Positions 22,181 to 31,113 of a DNA stretch of 64,000 bases are shown piece after piece. The notes below the pieces were generated by a model. It did no database searches, was not told where the DNA came from, and worked only from the letters and a program-made list of their open reading frames with translations. The stretch comes from Nitrospirota bacterium. Its GTDB lineage: Bacteria; Nitrospirota; Thermodesulfovibrionia; Thermodesulfovibrionales; Dissulfurispiraceae. Position 1 is the first letter of the stretch, and every line of letters begins with the position of its first letter. The stretch spans positions 224,001-288,000 of the forward strand of contig CAWBMP010000005.1 of assembly GCA_963790025.1 (NCBI GenBank), given 5' to 3'. The position numbers and the translations under genes were made by a program.

Positions 22181-23737
22181 ATGGCCGACGACACAGATAA
22201 AGACATCCTATACAGCAAGTTCTTGCAGACATGCGATATACCGGTTGAGCAGACCGTGATCGAACCCTTTACTATAGTTATCTTTGGCGGGACCGGGGAC
22301 CTGAGCCAAAGGAAACTCCTGCCTTCAATTTTTAATCTATTCTGCGACGATATAGTGCCCGACCAAAAATTCTCGGTACTCGGCTTCGGCCGGAATGACA
22401 TTACCGATGAAGGCTACCGGGCGCTTGCGAAGGATGCAGTCATGAAGTTTAGTGAAGTGCAATTTGACGAGGAGAAATGGGACCGCTTCAGCAAGCATCT
22501 TTATTTTCTTTCGGGAGTTTTCGAAAACGATGAAAATTATGTGAGGCTGCATGATAAAACCAGCCGGATCACTCTGCCTGATTCAAAAGGAGACAAGGAA
22601 GTCATTTACTATATGGCGGTCCCGCCGCAGGTGGTACCGACTGTCGTTCAGAAATTAAAGAAACACAATCTCCGCCAGGGAACCATGACGGCCAAAATAA
22701 TAGTCGAGAAACCGTTCGGGAGAGACCGCCGGTCAGCAGTTGAACTGAACAATATATTGACGGATGCCTTTAAAGAAAACCAGATATACCGTATCGATCA
22801 TTATCTGGGAAAAGATCCCATACAGAATATTATATTCCTGCGTTTTATCAATTCAGTTTTCGCTGAGATGTGGAACCGGCATTATGTGGACAATGTGCAG
22901 ATAACGGTTGCCGAAGAGGTAGGCGTCGAGCACCGGGGCGCGTTTTATGAACAGGCTGGGGTAGTAAGAGATATAGTGCAGAACCACCTCCTGCAGCTTT
23001 TAGGCCTCATCGCGATGGAGCCCCCGGTCGGGTTTCAGGCCGATTTTATCCGCGATGAAAAATTAAAAATACTCAGGGCCATCCATTCGATAGATGCAAA
23101 GTATGTAGATCATTACATCGTGAGGGGCCAGTACGGCAAGGGAATTATAGGAGGCAGTGAGGCGCCGGGCTACCGTGATGAAGACCGGGTGGCGCCTGAT
23201 TCAAACACGCCGACTTTTTTTGCCGGCAAATTTTACATTGATAATTTGCGATGGGCAGGGGTACCGTTTTATATCCGTACCGGGAAGCGCATGCCGAGGC
23301 GAGTCACCGATATCTGTATACAGCTTAAACATGTTCCGGTCAAACTGTTTGGCCGGACCTGTGACGTACTGGAGCCGAACATTCTTATTCTGACTATTCA
23401 GCCCGATGAGAAGATTTCGCTGCGCTTCAGTGTCAAATACCCTTATTCCGAGAACCAGGTATATCCGGTGGATATGGTTTTCAACTATAGCGAAGTATTT
23501 AAGATGCAGAAACGTCCGGCTTATGAGCGGTTGCTTATCGACATGCTGAAAGGCGATTTGACCCTTTTTGTCAGGGAAGATGCGGTAGAGGAGATGTGGG
23601 ACATAGTGGAAGAGATCAACAGTCGATGGGAAAACACTCCCGATGCAGAGTTCCCTAATTACGCGGCAGGCACCTGGGGACCGGAGGAGGCGCATCAACT
23701 TCTTGAGAGGGACGGGCGTCACTGGATAACAAAGTAA
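22181..23737 (+). CDS. zwf: Glucose-6-phosphate 1-dehydrogenase
   Basis: GGTGDL, EKPFG, RIDHYLGK, RDIVQNH, RWAGVPFYIRTGK, AYERL. Confidence 0.95.
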   Translation: MADDTDKDILYSKFLQTCDIPVEQTVIEPFTIVIFGGTGDLSQRKLLPSIFNLFCDDIVPDQKFSVLGFGRNDITDEGYRALAKDAVMKFSEVQFDEEKWDRFSKHLYFLSGVFENDENYVRLHDKTSRITLPDSKGDKEVIYYMAVPPQVVPTVVQKLKKHNLRQGTMTAKIIVEKPFGRDRRSAVELNNILTDAFKENQIYRIDHYLGKDPIQNIIFLRFINSVFAEMWNRHYVDNVQITVAEEVGVEHRGAFYEQAGVVRDIVQNHLLQLLGLIAMEPPVGFQADFIRDEKLKILRAIHSIDAKYVDHYIVRGQYGKGIIGGSEAPGYRDEDRVAPDSNTPTFFAGKFYIDNLRWAGVPFYIRTGKRMPRRVTDICIQLKHVPVKLFGRTCDVLEPNILILTIQPDEKISLRFSVKYPYSENQVYPVDMVFNYSEVFKMQKRPAYERLLIDMLKGDLTLFVREDAVEEMWDIVEEINSRWENTPDAEFPNYAAGTWGPEEAHQLLERDGRHWITK

Positions 23738-23739
23738 GG

Positions 23740-23900
23740 GACGGTCTCGTAAAAAGTCCATATGCTGCGTTGCACTGCATCCTTCGTCACTCGCACCCCA
23801 AAAGACTTCGGCTTTTGGGGACCCCGTGCGGCGTACGAAAAAGTACGCCTCATTCCTCAGGATTTGCGCGCCTTGCCTATGAACTTTTTACGAAACCGTC
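23740..23900. mobile_element. 161-bp MITE-like element with nested hairpin
   Basis: 23-bp terminal inverted repeats with 2 mismatches (GACGGTCTCGTAAAAAGTCCATA / TATGAACTTTTTACGAAACCGTC); inner hairpins CCCCAAAAG/CTTTTGGGG and GGCGTAC/GTACGCC. Confidence 0.75.
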
Positions 23901-23914
23901 AGGTATAGTTGGTA

Positions 23915-24667
23915 ATGGATAATTCGCGACGGGTATTGGTTTTCGGAAGTGGCGACGAGATGGCGGATTTTATGGTGGAGCGGTGGAGTGAACTCTCCAG
24001 TTCTGCCATCGAAAGCAGGGGGTATTTTGCTGCGGCCCTTTCGGGAGGAGAAACACCGGTCCGTTTTTACCGCAAACTTGCTGCGCGGGGAGCAGGTTTT
24101 CAGTGGAACAAGATACATCTGTTCCTCGCCGACGAGCGCTTTGTCCACCCGGACCATACTGACAGCAATTACCATTTGCTCCGTGAGACACTCTTAAAGG
24201 ACCTGCCGGTCCCCGGCAGTAATATCCATGCGGTGACTACCGATGGACCGGACGCGCAGTTATCGGCGAGAAAATATGAAGAGGAAATGAAAAAGTTTTT
24301 TAAGACCACGGGGGAAGGCCTTCCCGAATTTGACCTTATTATGCTGGGCCTTGGTACGGACGGACATACCGCATCGCTTTTTCCAGGGGATAAGGCACTC
24401 GATGATACACGGCATCTTGCTTGTGCAGTGGACCTTGACAATGTCCGGCACGACCGGATTACGCTGACACTTCCGGTGATCAACAATGCCCGTATGGTGG
24501 TATTTCTCGTTAGCGGAAAGACCAAGGCATCGGTGTTCCGCGATGTTGTGGAGAGTAGGGACCACCATTTTCCCGCCTCACTGGTGGACCCTGAGAAGGG
24601 GAGCTTGTTGTTTCTCGCCGATACGGAGGCCGCACAGTATTTGACTGAAACTCACATCCGGCGATAA
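23915..24667 (+). CDS. pgl: 6-phosphogluconolactonase
   Basis: ALSGGETP, DERFV, SNY, LGLGTDGHTASLFP, RITLT. Confidence 0.94.
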   Translation: MDNSRRVLVFGSGDEMADFMVERWSELSSSAIESRGYFAAALSGGETPVRFYRKLAARGAGFQWNKIHLFLADERFVHPDHTDSNYHLLRETLLKDLPVPGSNIHAVTTDGPDAQLSARKYEEEMKKFFKTTGEGLPEFDLIMLGLGTDGHTASLFPGDKALDDTRHLACAVDLDNVRHDRITLTLPVINNARMVVFLVSGKTKASVFRDVVESRDHHFPASLVDPEKGSLLFLADTEAAQYLTETHIRR

Positions 24668-24880
24668 GGAGTTGTCATTCGCACTCTGACTTACTTTGCC
24701 ATAACGGCAATCAACTTTAGTAGACACTATTTGATCTGGTAGTATACAACCAAGTATAGCTTGCACCTGATACTTGACACCGGAGATTCTTTTTCAGGAC
24801 TCTCGATTTTCGTTACTAACCCTCGGACTTATGCTGATGAGCAGGATTGTGAAAGCTTAGATATGTCGTCCATGAGAAAG

Positions 24881-24907
24881 CTAAATGCACGAACGCAAGC
24901 CTGACCC
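24881..24907 (-). repeat. REP-like repeat, copy 1
   Basis: CTAAATGCACGAACGCAAGCCTGACCC, near reverse complement of the copy at 25363. Confidence 0.75.
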
Positions 24908-25128
24908 TCAAGCCTTCCCAGTATCTTTTCCCCAAGTGCGAGGATGTGTTTGTTTGCTTCTGGGTTGGGGAGTCCAGGCTTGTTTTCTGATAAGATTTTA
25001 CGGATACTTTCTGCGGACTTTAAGATAACATCGTGATCAAAGCTGTATCAGCTAAAACTGATCGGAAAGGGAGCGCTGGAAGGAGTATAATAAATCATAA
25101 ATAAAAAACAATTTAATTCGGAGGAAAT

Positions 25129-25293
25129 ATGATTATGACTGTAGAAGAAGCTAAAAAGAAATGGTGTCCTTTATTCAGTATTATGAAAGATAGTCACACA
25201 TACTGCGAGGCATCTGACTGCATGATGTGGAAAGCGGTCAGGATGGGTGACGTTATGGAAGGATGCTGCAGTCTTGCGGGGAGGGAAGCATAA
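25129..25293 (+). CDS. 54-aa Cys-rich small protein (absent from the ORF track)
   Basis: GGAGG RBS; my translation MIMTVEEAKKKWCPLFSIMKDSHTYCEASDCMMWKAVRMGDVMEGCCSLAGREA*. Confidence 0.65.
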   Translation: MIMTVEEAKKKWCPLFSIMKDSHTYCEASDCMMWKAVRMGDVMEGCCSLAGREA

Positions 25294-25362
25294 AGATTAA
25301 AGAATCAAGGGGAATCACGAACACAAATGAAAGGAGGATTGAGCCCATGAAAAGGAAACAAT

Positions 25363-25390
25363 GGGGTCAGGCTTGCATACGTGCATTTAA
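25363..25390 (+). repeat. REP-like repeat, copy 2 (left of RAYT)
   Basis: GGGGTCAGGCTTGCATACGTGCATTTAA with internal TGCA...TGCA dyad. Confidence 0.75.
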
Positions 25391-25410
25391 GTGTACTATA
25401 TTTTGGCATC

Positions 25411-26331
25411 ATGGCAAGGCCGCCACGCATAGAATTTCCCGGAGCGTTTTATCATGTAATAGTCCGTGGCAATCTGAAGCAGGACATTTTTATAGATGAA
25501 CAAGATAGGCTTGAGTATCTTGAGCGCATAAAACGTTATAAAGAAAAATGCGGATTTATTTTTTATGCATACATCCTTATGACAAACCATGTACATTTAC
25601 TCATTGAGACCCCCAAAGCGCCTTTATCAAAGATAATGCAACTTATAAATTTCACATACACACAGTATTTTAATAAGAAATACAATAAGGTCGGGCATCT
25701 TTTTCAGGGCAGGTATAAGTCTTTTCTGTGTGACCGGGACGAATATCTTTTAGGGCTGCTCAGATATATACATCTGAATCCGGTACGTGCAGGAATAGTA
25801 AGCAGACCGGAGGCTTACAAATGGAGCAGTCATAATCAATACTTAAAGGAAGGTAATGGGATAGTTGACGCTGAGAGGGTTTTAAGGCTTTTTTCGGAGA
25901 AAGTATCAGAAGCTCGGAAGCGATACAGAGGTTTTGTAAAAGAGGCGATAGGCGCTGAAAGAGACGACTCGTTTTACAAGGCTGTAGATCAGCAGATAGT
26001 AGGAGGGGATAAGTTTTTAGAAATAATAGAAGATAAAATTGATGAATTGGACAGGCCGATAAGAAAGCTTACGTTGAAAAAGGCCATAAAGGCAGTTGAG
26101 GAAGTGACAGGCGTACTTTGGGATGAGATAAGCTCCCGAAGCAGGAGCAAGGAAGTAATATTTGCGCGAGGATTATTAGTTGGGGTATGGAGAGAGGCGG
26201 GGCATCGGATGGTGAACTTACAGCCCCAACTGAGGAGGGACTTATCAGTGCTTTCAAGATTGTCAAAAATCTCAGAGAGTGAAAGAGGACGAAAAGCCAT
26301 GAAACAAATATTTCACATGCTAAATGCATGA
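25411..26331 (+). CDS. Y1/HUH REP-associated tyrosine transposase (RAYT-like) with C-terminal helical extension
   Basis: MARPPR start, YHVIVRGN, MTNHVHLL (HUH), GHLFQGRY, YIHLNP, WSS; lower GC than flanks. Confidence 0.88.
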   Translation: MARPPRIEFPGAFYHVIVRGNLKQDIFIDEQDRLEYLERIKRYKEKCGFIFYAYILMTNHVHLLIETPKAPLSKIMQLINFTYTQYFNKKYNKVGHLFQGRYKSFLCDRDEYLLGLLRYIHLNPVRAGIVSRPEAYKWSSHNQYLKEGNGIVDAERVLRLFSEKVSEARKRYRGFVKEAIGAERDDSFYKAVDQQIVGGDKFLEIIEDKIDELDRPIRKLTLKKAIKAVEEVTGVLWDEISSRSRSKEVIFARGLLVGVWREAGHRMVNLQPQLRRDLSVLSRLSKISESERGRKAMKQIFHMLNA

Positions 26332-26345
26332 ACGCAAGCCTGAAC
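26320..26345 (-). repeat. REP-like repeat, copy 3 (right of RAYT), interrupted by IS110
   Basis: CTAAATGCATGAACGCAAGCCTGAAC; the missing CCC resumes at 27807. Confidence 0.7.
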
Positions 26346-26375
26346 ATCCCGCTGGAATTTTCAATATATTTTTTC

Positions 26376-27574
26376 TTATTTAGATAAGATGTACCCTCTG
26401 TTCTCCTTCAGCATCTTGAAAATAACACGGCAAAGATGACGACCAAGCGCACGTAGTGCCTGGTTATGTTTCTTGCCTTCAGCTCTTTTTTTCTCATAAT
26501 ATTGTTGAGACTGCGGAACTTGTTTTCGGTGCCGATCTACGGCAACCATCATTGCGGCCTTAGCCCGAGTATTAACCTGCGTTGGTGGTTTTGATCCTTT
26601 TTGCTTGCCTGAACTATTGTCAAGATTCGCCATCCCAATATACAGAGCCAGACTTGCTTCGCTGCCAAAGCGCTCGATAGTTCCAATCTCTCCGGCGAGT
26701 TCAGATGTACAAATGGAACCGAATCCTGGAATGGTTGCGAGCGTTTGCGCAATATCCGAGCCGTGTGCAACACCCTCCATCTTTGCTTCAAGTGATTTTA
26801 TCTTGGCATGGAGTTCCATCACGCGGATTGCATCTTCCTGGATCATTTCACCGACCCACTCGACGTCGTGACTAAACTGTGCTGTTTTCTGCCATTCAAC
26901 AATAACAGAGGCATATTTCTTACCAATGCCCGGATCTTGCGGATAGTTGTTTCCCGCATGCGTGCAAGCGTGCGAAGGTCATCCGTGCTGGTCAGAAATC
27001 CAAGAAACCACATATTGTCGGCCTCACCGGTAATCTCCAGAAGTCCCGGACATACAGCGTGAAGATCGGCCTGTAGGTTGTTTACTACCCGTACTCGCTC
27101 ATCGACCAAACGACGCCGGCGCCGTGATAGCCGCTTTAGAATGTCGTTGTCCCGCGGCGTTTTGCGTACCTCCTGCAGCACATCCTTGGCTATCGGCAGA
27201 TGATCTCGAAGCTGAAAAAGCTCCAGTCCTTTCCTTGCGTCGATTGCATCGGTCTTCGCGGCACCGGGGAATATCTCCTTGAATCGAGCAAGCTTGAGAT
27301 TGTTGATATTGAAGAGGCGATAATTGCGGGCTCGAACGAGCGTGTCCAGCGGACGTGCGTAGCCGTTGAAGCCCTCCATTGCTACGGCAACGGGACAACT
27401 AAACCTTTGCTCCTGCTTCTCGATGCGACAGAAGAATTGCCGGAACCCTTCAGGTTCATGCACGATTGAGAATTCATCGAGGACTTCACCGCTGGATAGG
27501 CCGATTGCAACGTTGTGACTGCGGCAGCCAATATCGACGCTTACACGCAGTTCGAGGGGATCATCTTTTTTCAT
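26376..27574 (-). pseudogene. IS110 recombinase, single frameshift near 26930
   Basis: DEDD residues (VDIG, AMEG, KTDAID); C-terminal TIPGFG, NSSGK, RALGRHL; adding one G in CCGGGC gives KIRGIGKKYA and fuses the two ORFs. Confidence 0.88.
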
Positions 27575-27589
27575 GTAGTCTCCTTTGCA

Positions 27590-27795
27590 GACAAGATTAT
27601 CATCCTCAGGTCTCGTCTACTTACAGAGCCACATTTGGCACCATCCCGGTCGACCCTTTTGAGGATGATGCAGATGACGGAGGCGGCATTTCAGACTCAA
27701 GTGAGCCTGAATGAACAGGCCACTGACCCCACAAGCCACACCCCCGTTAAGCATATCTTACATGAATAAAGCTGCCATAGTCATCTGCATAAATC
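27590..27795 (-). ncRNA. Putative IS110 bridge RNA
   Basis: Two stem-closed domains (11-bp 27668-27678/27780-27790; 10-bp 27599-27608/27660-27669) whose loops match the IS ends and the REP target. Confidence 0.65.
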
Positions 27796-28070
27796 CTATG
27801 GTAGACCCCAGCACCAGCAATCTTTCGAGCTTTACAAAAAAGGTTACCCCGTGAAGCAGATACGGGATACTGTAGAAAAGGAATTCAAATAATAACTCCC
27901 ATATGGTGGCAGTTGATGTACAAAACCAACACTGCCGCTGAGATGGCCGGGACGTTTGTTCCTTAGTGAACATCCGTTTCTCGGCTATGCTCATCGATGC
28001 GTGTTATAGAAAAAGCACCTTGTAACCCCCTAATTCACAACGCAGACGACCGCCTGCCTTATGAGCAGTA

Positions 28071-28415
28071 TCAGGTGCAGCCAGCAGGTTGCGGAATCCC
28101 CGCATACCTGCAGATCCGTTGTAGAGGCTTTTCAGGGAATAGTGAGTACAGCACCTTTATCGAGTATCGCTCACTGCCCAACTGCCGGTTTAACCTTTTC
28201 ACAATCACTTTCGGCATCGGGCTAATGTTGAATGTTCGGTAATAATCGCGAGCAAAACGGATTACCTGCCAGTGTTCATCAGTCAGCAACATGCCGTCTG
28301 CCGCACTGTAATATTCGGCAACCTGCGGAGACCAGTCATCAGGGTTGGCAAGGAAGCCGTCGGCATCCAGCTCAATGGTTTTACCGCCTATCGTAATATG
28401 GTTGTTTGCATCCAT
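28071..28415 (-). CDS. dsrC: DsrC/TusE-family sulfur relay protein with C-X10-C terminus
   Basis: DADGFL...DDWS, LTDEHWQVI, LYSLFP, CRYAGIPQPAGC; family is clear, DsrC versus TusE function is less so. Confidence 0.82.
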   Translation of the reverse strand: MDANNHITIGGKTIELDADGFLANPDDWSPQVAEYYSAADGMLLTDEHWQVIRFARDYYRTFNISPMPKVIVKRLNRQLGSERYSIKVLYSLFPEKPLQRICRYAGIPQPAGCT

Positions 28416-28864
28416 TGCTGACTTGATTCCTCATCTTTCGCATCAGGACTGTCGGTTCCGCACATGAATTAGTTCATCTCATAACCTACATTATTCTTGA
28501 TAAATTGTCGAGTCTCGCGCTGTGACGCTACCAGCCCTGCCTGCCTGTTGCCTCAAGTAAAAATCCATTCGAAAATATTTCTTTTTAACGGGTTACATCA
28601 CGCTATAAGCAGCCTGGCTTTCACTGTTATTTTTGAAAACTAGCAATGTAGTTGAGATGTTCGGAGCGCCAGTTACTTGGTGGAACAAATAATCCATGAG
28701 GGAATAAGAGCAGAACATTTTGATATGATGCCGCATGGCGATACTGTATAAAAGCGTCCACAGCATGACGAAATTGCTCCCTCCTTTAACGAAATAATAA
28801 ATAAATATCTGGAAGCTCTTAGATTAGTGACTATTCCAGCTAACAGCGTTTGCATAGGGCATCA

Positions 28865-29314
28865 TCACCTAACCGGGATCGCGACAAAGTCCTGCCTCCT
28901 TCTGTCCCACAGGTACCCCTTGAAATCCCGCACATGTTTTGCGTAGACTGCGACCACGACTTGCACGGCGTCGGGGAACTCGGGTTCGCCGAAGGTCGTC
29001 TGAACGTCCTTGTCCATCCGGGAGAAATAGGCGTCGCAGTCGATGTGGGAGTGGTAAAAGGCAATGACCTTCTCTCCGGCTGCTGCCGCGTCCCTCATGA
29101 TCCGATCCGCTTCATCCCGGTTCATGACATAAGCCTCACGGCTTGTGCGCGGATAGCTTTCGGGGTCCTTTGCGTGACGTTCGTCCTGTATGTTCTCGCA
29201 TCGGTGGACGTTCTGCACTTCCGTTGTGCCTGTTACGATGCCGCAGCATTCCGCCGGATATTCGGCGATAGCATGCCTGGTGATAACATTGACAGCTTCA
29301 TCGGTTAGTCGCAT
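28865..29314 (-). CDS. mec: JAB/M67 metallopeptidase (Mec, CysO-cysteine peptidase-like)
   Basis: YPAECCG and YHSH...S..D JAMM motif; directly downstream of cysM. Confidence 0.85.
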   Translation of the reverse strand: MRLTDEAVNVITRHAIAEYPAECCGIVTGTTEVQNVHRCENIQDERHAKDPESYPRTSREAYVMNRDEADRIMRDAAAAGEKVIAFYHSHIDCDAYFSRMDKDVQTTFGEPEFPDAVQVVVAVYAKHVRDFKGYLWDRRRQDFVAIPVR

Positions 29315-29317
29315 GTC

Positions 29318-30247
29318 TTAGAATTCCATGCTCAAATACCTGTCCCCGCCATCCGGAAACATGACCACGATAACGCCCTCCGTCATTTTTTCAGCCATCC
29401 TTAGCGCCGCTGCCAGGGCAGCGCCAGAGGAGTAGCCTACGAAGAGCCCTTCCTCCCTGATAATCCTTTTTGTCATGTCGTAAGCGGTCTCCGTATCAAC
29501 GAACAGGGGTTCATCCGGAAAGCTCATATTGAAGATGCCGGGGATAATCGCGTCTTCTCCCAAAAACTTCATCCCCTCGATGCCGTGAAATGCGTCGTTG
29601 GGATGAACGGCTATGATCTTTACTGCCGGACGAAACTCCCTGAGCGCTCGTCCCGTTCCCATGATCGTGCCGCCGGTTCCGACGCAGGCTATGAAGTGGG
29701 TCATGCGGCCTTTAGTCTGGTGTATGATTTCGGGGCCGGTAGTCAGATAGTGAGCCATCACGTTTGACGGATTGTTGTACTGGTCCGGCTGATAGTATTG
29801 GTCGGGGTGCTCCCGTAGAATCTCTTTTGCCATCCTGATGGCACCGTCCGCACCTTCGAAGGGACTCGATAGTACCAGTTCAGCGCCGAAACCTGCTATG
29901 ATTTTCTTCCGTTCTGCGCTTGCGTTTTCCGGTATCACGATCCGGACGCGATATCCTTTCACGGCCCCGATCATTGCATACGCGATCCCGGTGTTGCCGG
30001 ACGTGGAATCGAGAATAATTTTGCCTGGAGTCAAAAGGCCCGCGGCTTCGGCATCGCTAATCATGCGGTAGGCCGCGCGGTCCTTCACCGAGCCTCCGGG
30101 GTTTCCGCGCTCCACTTTGGCAAAAATGGAAATCCGCGGACCGAGGTGCCGTGCAAGCCTCGTGATCTGGACCAGTGGTGTTTGGCCGATGGTATCGAGC
30201 GCTGATGCAGATGCCTGCGAAGCCGATTTTTCAGGAGGCTTTACCAT
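29318..30247 (-). CDS. cysM: Cysteine synthase (PLP-dependent)
   Basis: NPGGSVKDR, TSGNTG, QYNN, GTGGT, PDGGDRYLS. Confidence 0.9.
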   Translation of the reverse strand: MVKPPEKSASQASASALDTIGQTPLVQITRLARHLGPRISIFAKVERGNPGGSVKDRAAYRMISDAEAAGLLTPGKIILDSTSGNTGIAYAMIGAVKGYRVRIVIPENASAERKKIIAGFGAELVLSSPFEGADGAIRMAKEILREHPDQYYQPDQYNNPSNVMAHYLTTGPEIIHQTKGRMTHFIACVGTGGTIMGTGRALREFRPAVKIIAVHPNDAFHGIEGMKFLGEDAIIPGIFNMSFPDEPLFVDTETAYDMTKRIIREEGLFVGYSSGAALAAALRMAEKMTEGVIVVMFPDGGDRYLSMEF

Positions 30248-30739
30248 AGATTAATCATATTATAGCAGCAGTGAGGGAAATGATAAGAAGTCACCGGCGG
30301 ATTTGACTGTTGGGCGCAATTCAATAACTCAAGGTCGTAATTTCAGGAAAGATGCACAGCGTTTGTTTCTGGTATGTAACAAACAAACGATTTCTAACAT
30401 ATTCTCGAAAAAATCAACACTGTAGCTGAGATGTCTGTAGTGTGTAATTCTTGGTGAAGTGGCAACTATTACTGAAGATTCCGAATTACTTCTTTTCAGA
30501 CAATTGTCGATAAAGGTTTCTTTCGGCATTTCACATGGAGGCAAATCTAAGCTCGATCCTAACTCAATGGAGAAGTTCTTTCCGAGGTATGGCGGATGCC
30601 TAAAGTTATGTCCCGTACTCCGCAGGTATAAAAAAATAAGGCGGGTCACAGGTACTGTAGCAACCGTTTACGATCGCATTCTTATATCCGACTCGTTGGT
30701 CTATTCCTGCGTTTTCCAGAACGACCACGTTCAGACAGT

Positions 30740-30961
30740 TCATGTGAGTGAGATCAAGATTCTTGGGGAAGAATTCTTATTTTTTTTGACAATTACTGAC
30801 GGGCAATATTTGCTTATCCCTGCCGCGTTCCGCACCGGCTTTACAATCACGATATCATTTGCTACTTCGAAATAGACCGAGTTTGTCTTGAGTCTGTCCC
30901 GGATTTCTTTCGGAATGGTCACCTGCCCCTTCCGCGTGATCTTTATTGCTGCGGTTGTCAT
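30740..30961 (-). pseudogene. AbrB/MazE/SpoVT-type antitoxin remnant
   Basis: KITRKGQVTIPKEIRDRL signature; tail looks frameshifted and no intact toxin follows. Confidence 0.6.
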
Positions 30962-31113
30962 GCTGTATCACCTTACCTTTTTTATTGGTATTACTCTATT
31001 AAATAGAAATACTAAATTGATGATGGCGTCGATACCCGGCATGACTGCTGTACGAGGCAACGCCGGTGTGGAGGACCACGTCGCAGGCCAGGTCAAGGCC
31101 GGACTTTTATAAC

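Larger units (their letters stand above)
26344..27806 (-). mobile_element. IS110-family insertion sequence, about 1.46 kb, with predicted GT core
   Basis: Recombinase CDS, about 230-nt 5' non-coding end and short 3' end; AC (GT on minus) at 26344-26345 and 27805-27806; excision restores CAAGCCTGAACCCC. Confidence 0.75.

Noticed and set aside
26341..27975. TGAACATCC as a 9-bp target-site duplication
   Set aside because: IS110 elements do not make such duplications; coincidence is not excluded
28021..28030. Alternative IS110 left end at GGGGGTTACA (minus strand)
   Set aside because: Would include an unrelated gene tail and gives no junction -10 box; 27806 fits guide, core and promoter better
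28580..28860. CysO/MoaD sulfur carrier downstream of mec
   Set aside because: No ORF ending in Gly-Gly; looks like an AT-rich gene remnant
30329..30740. Toxin partner of the AbrB-like gene
   Set aside because: No PIN, MazF or other toxin motif found in the frames examined
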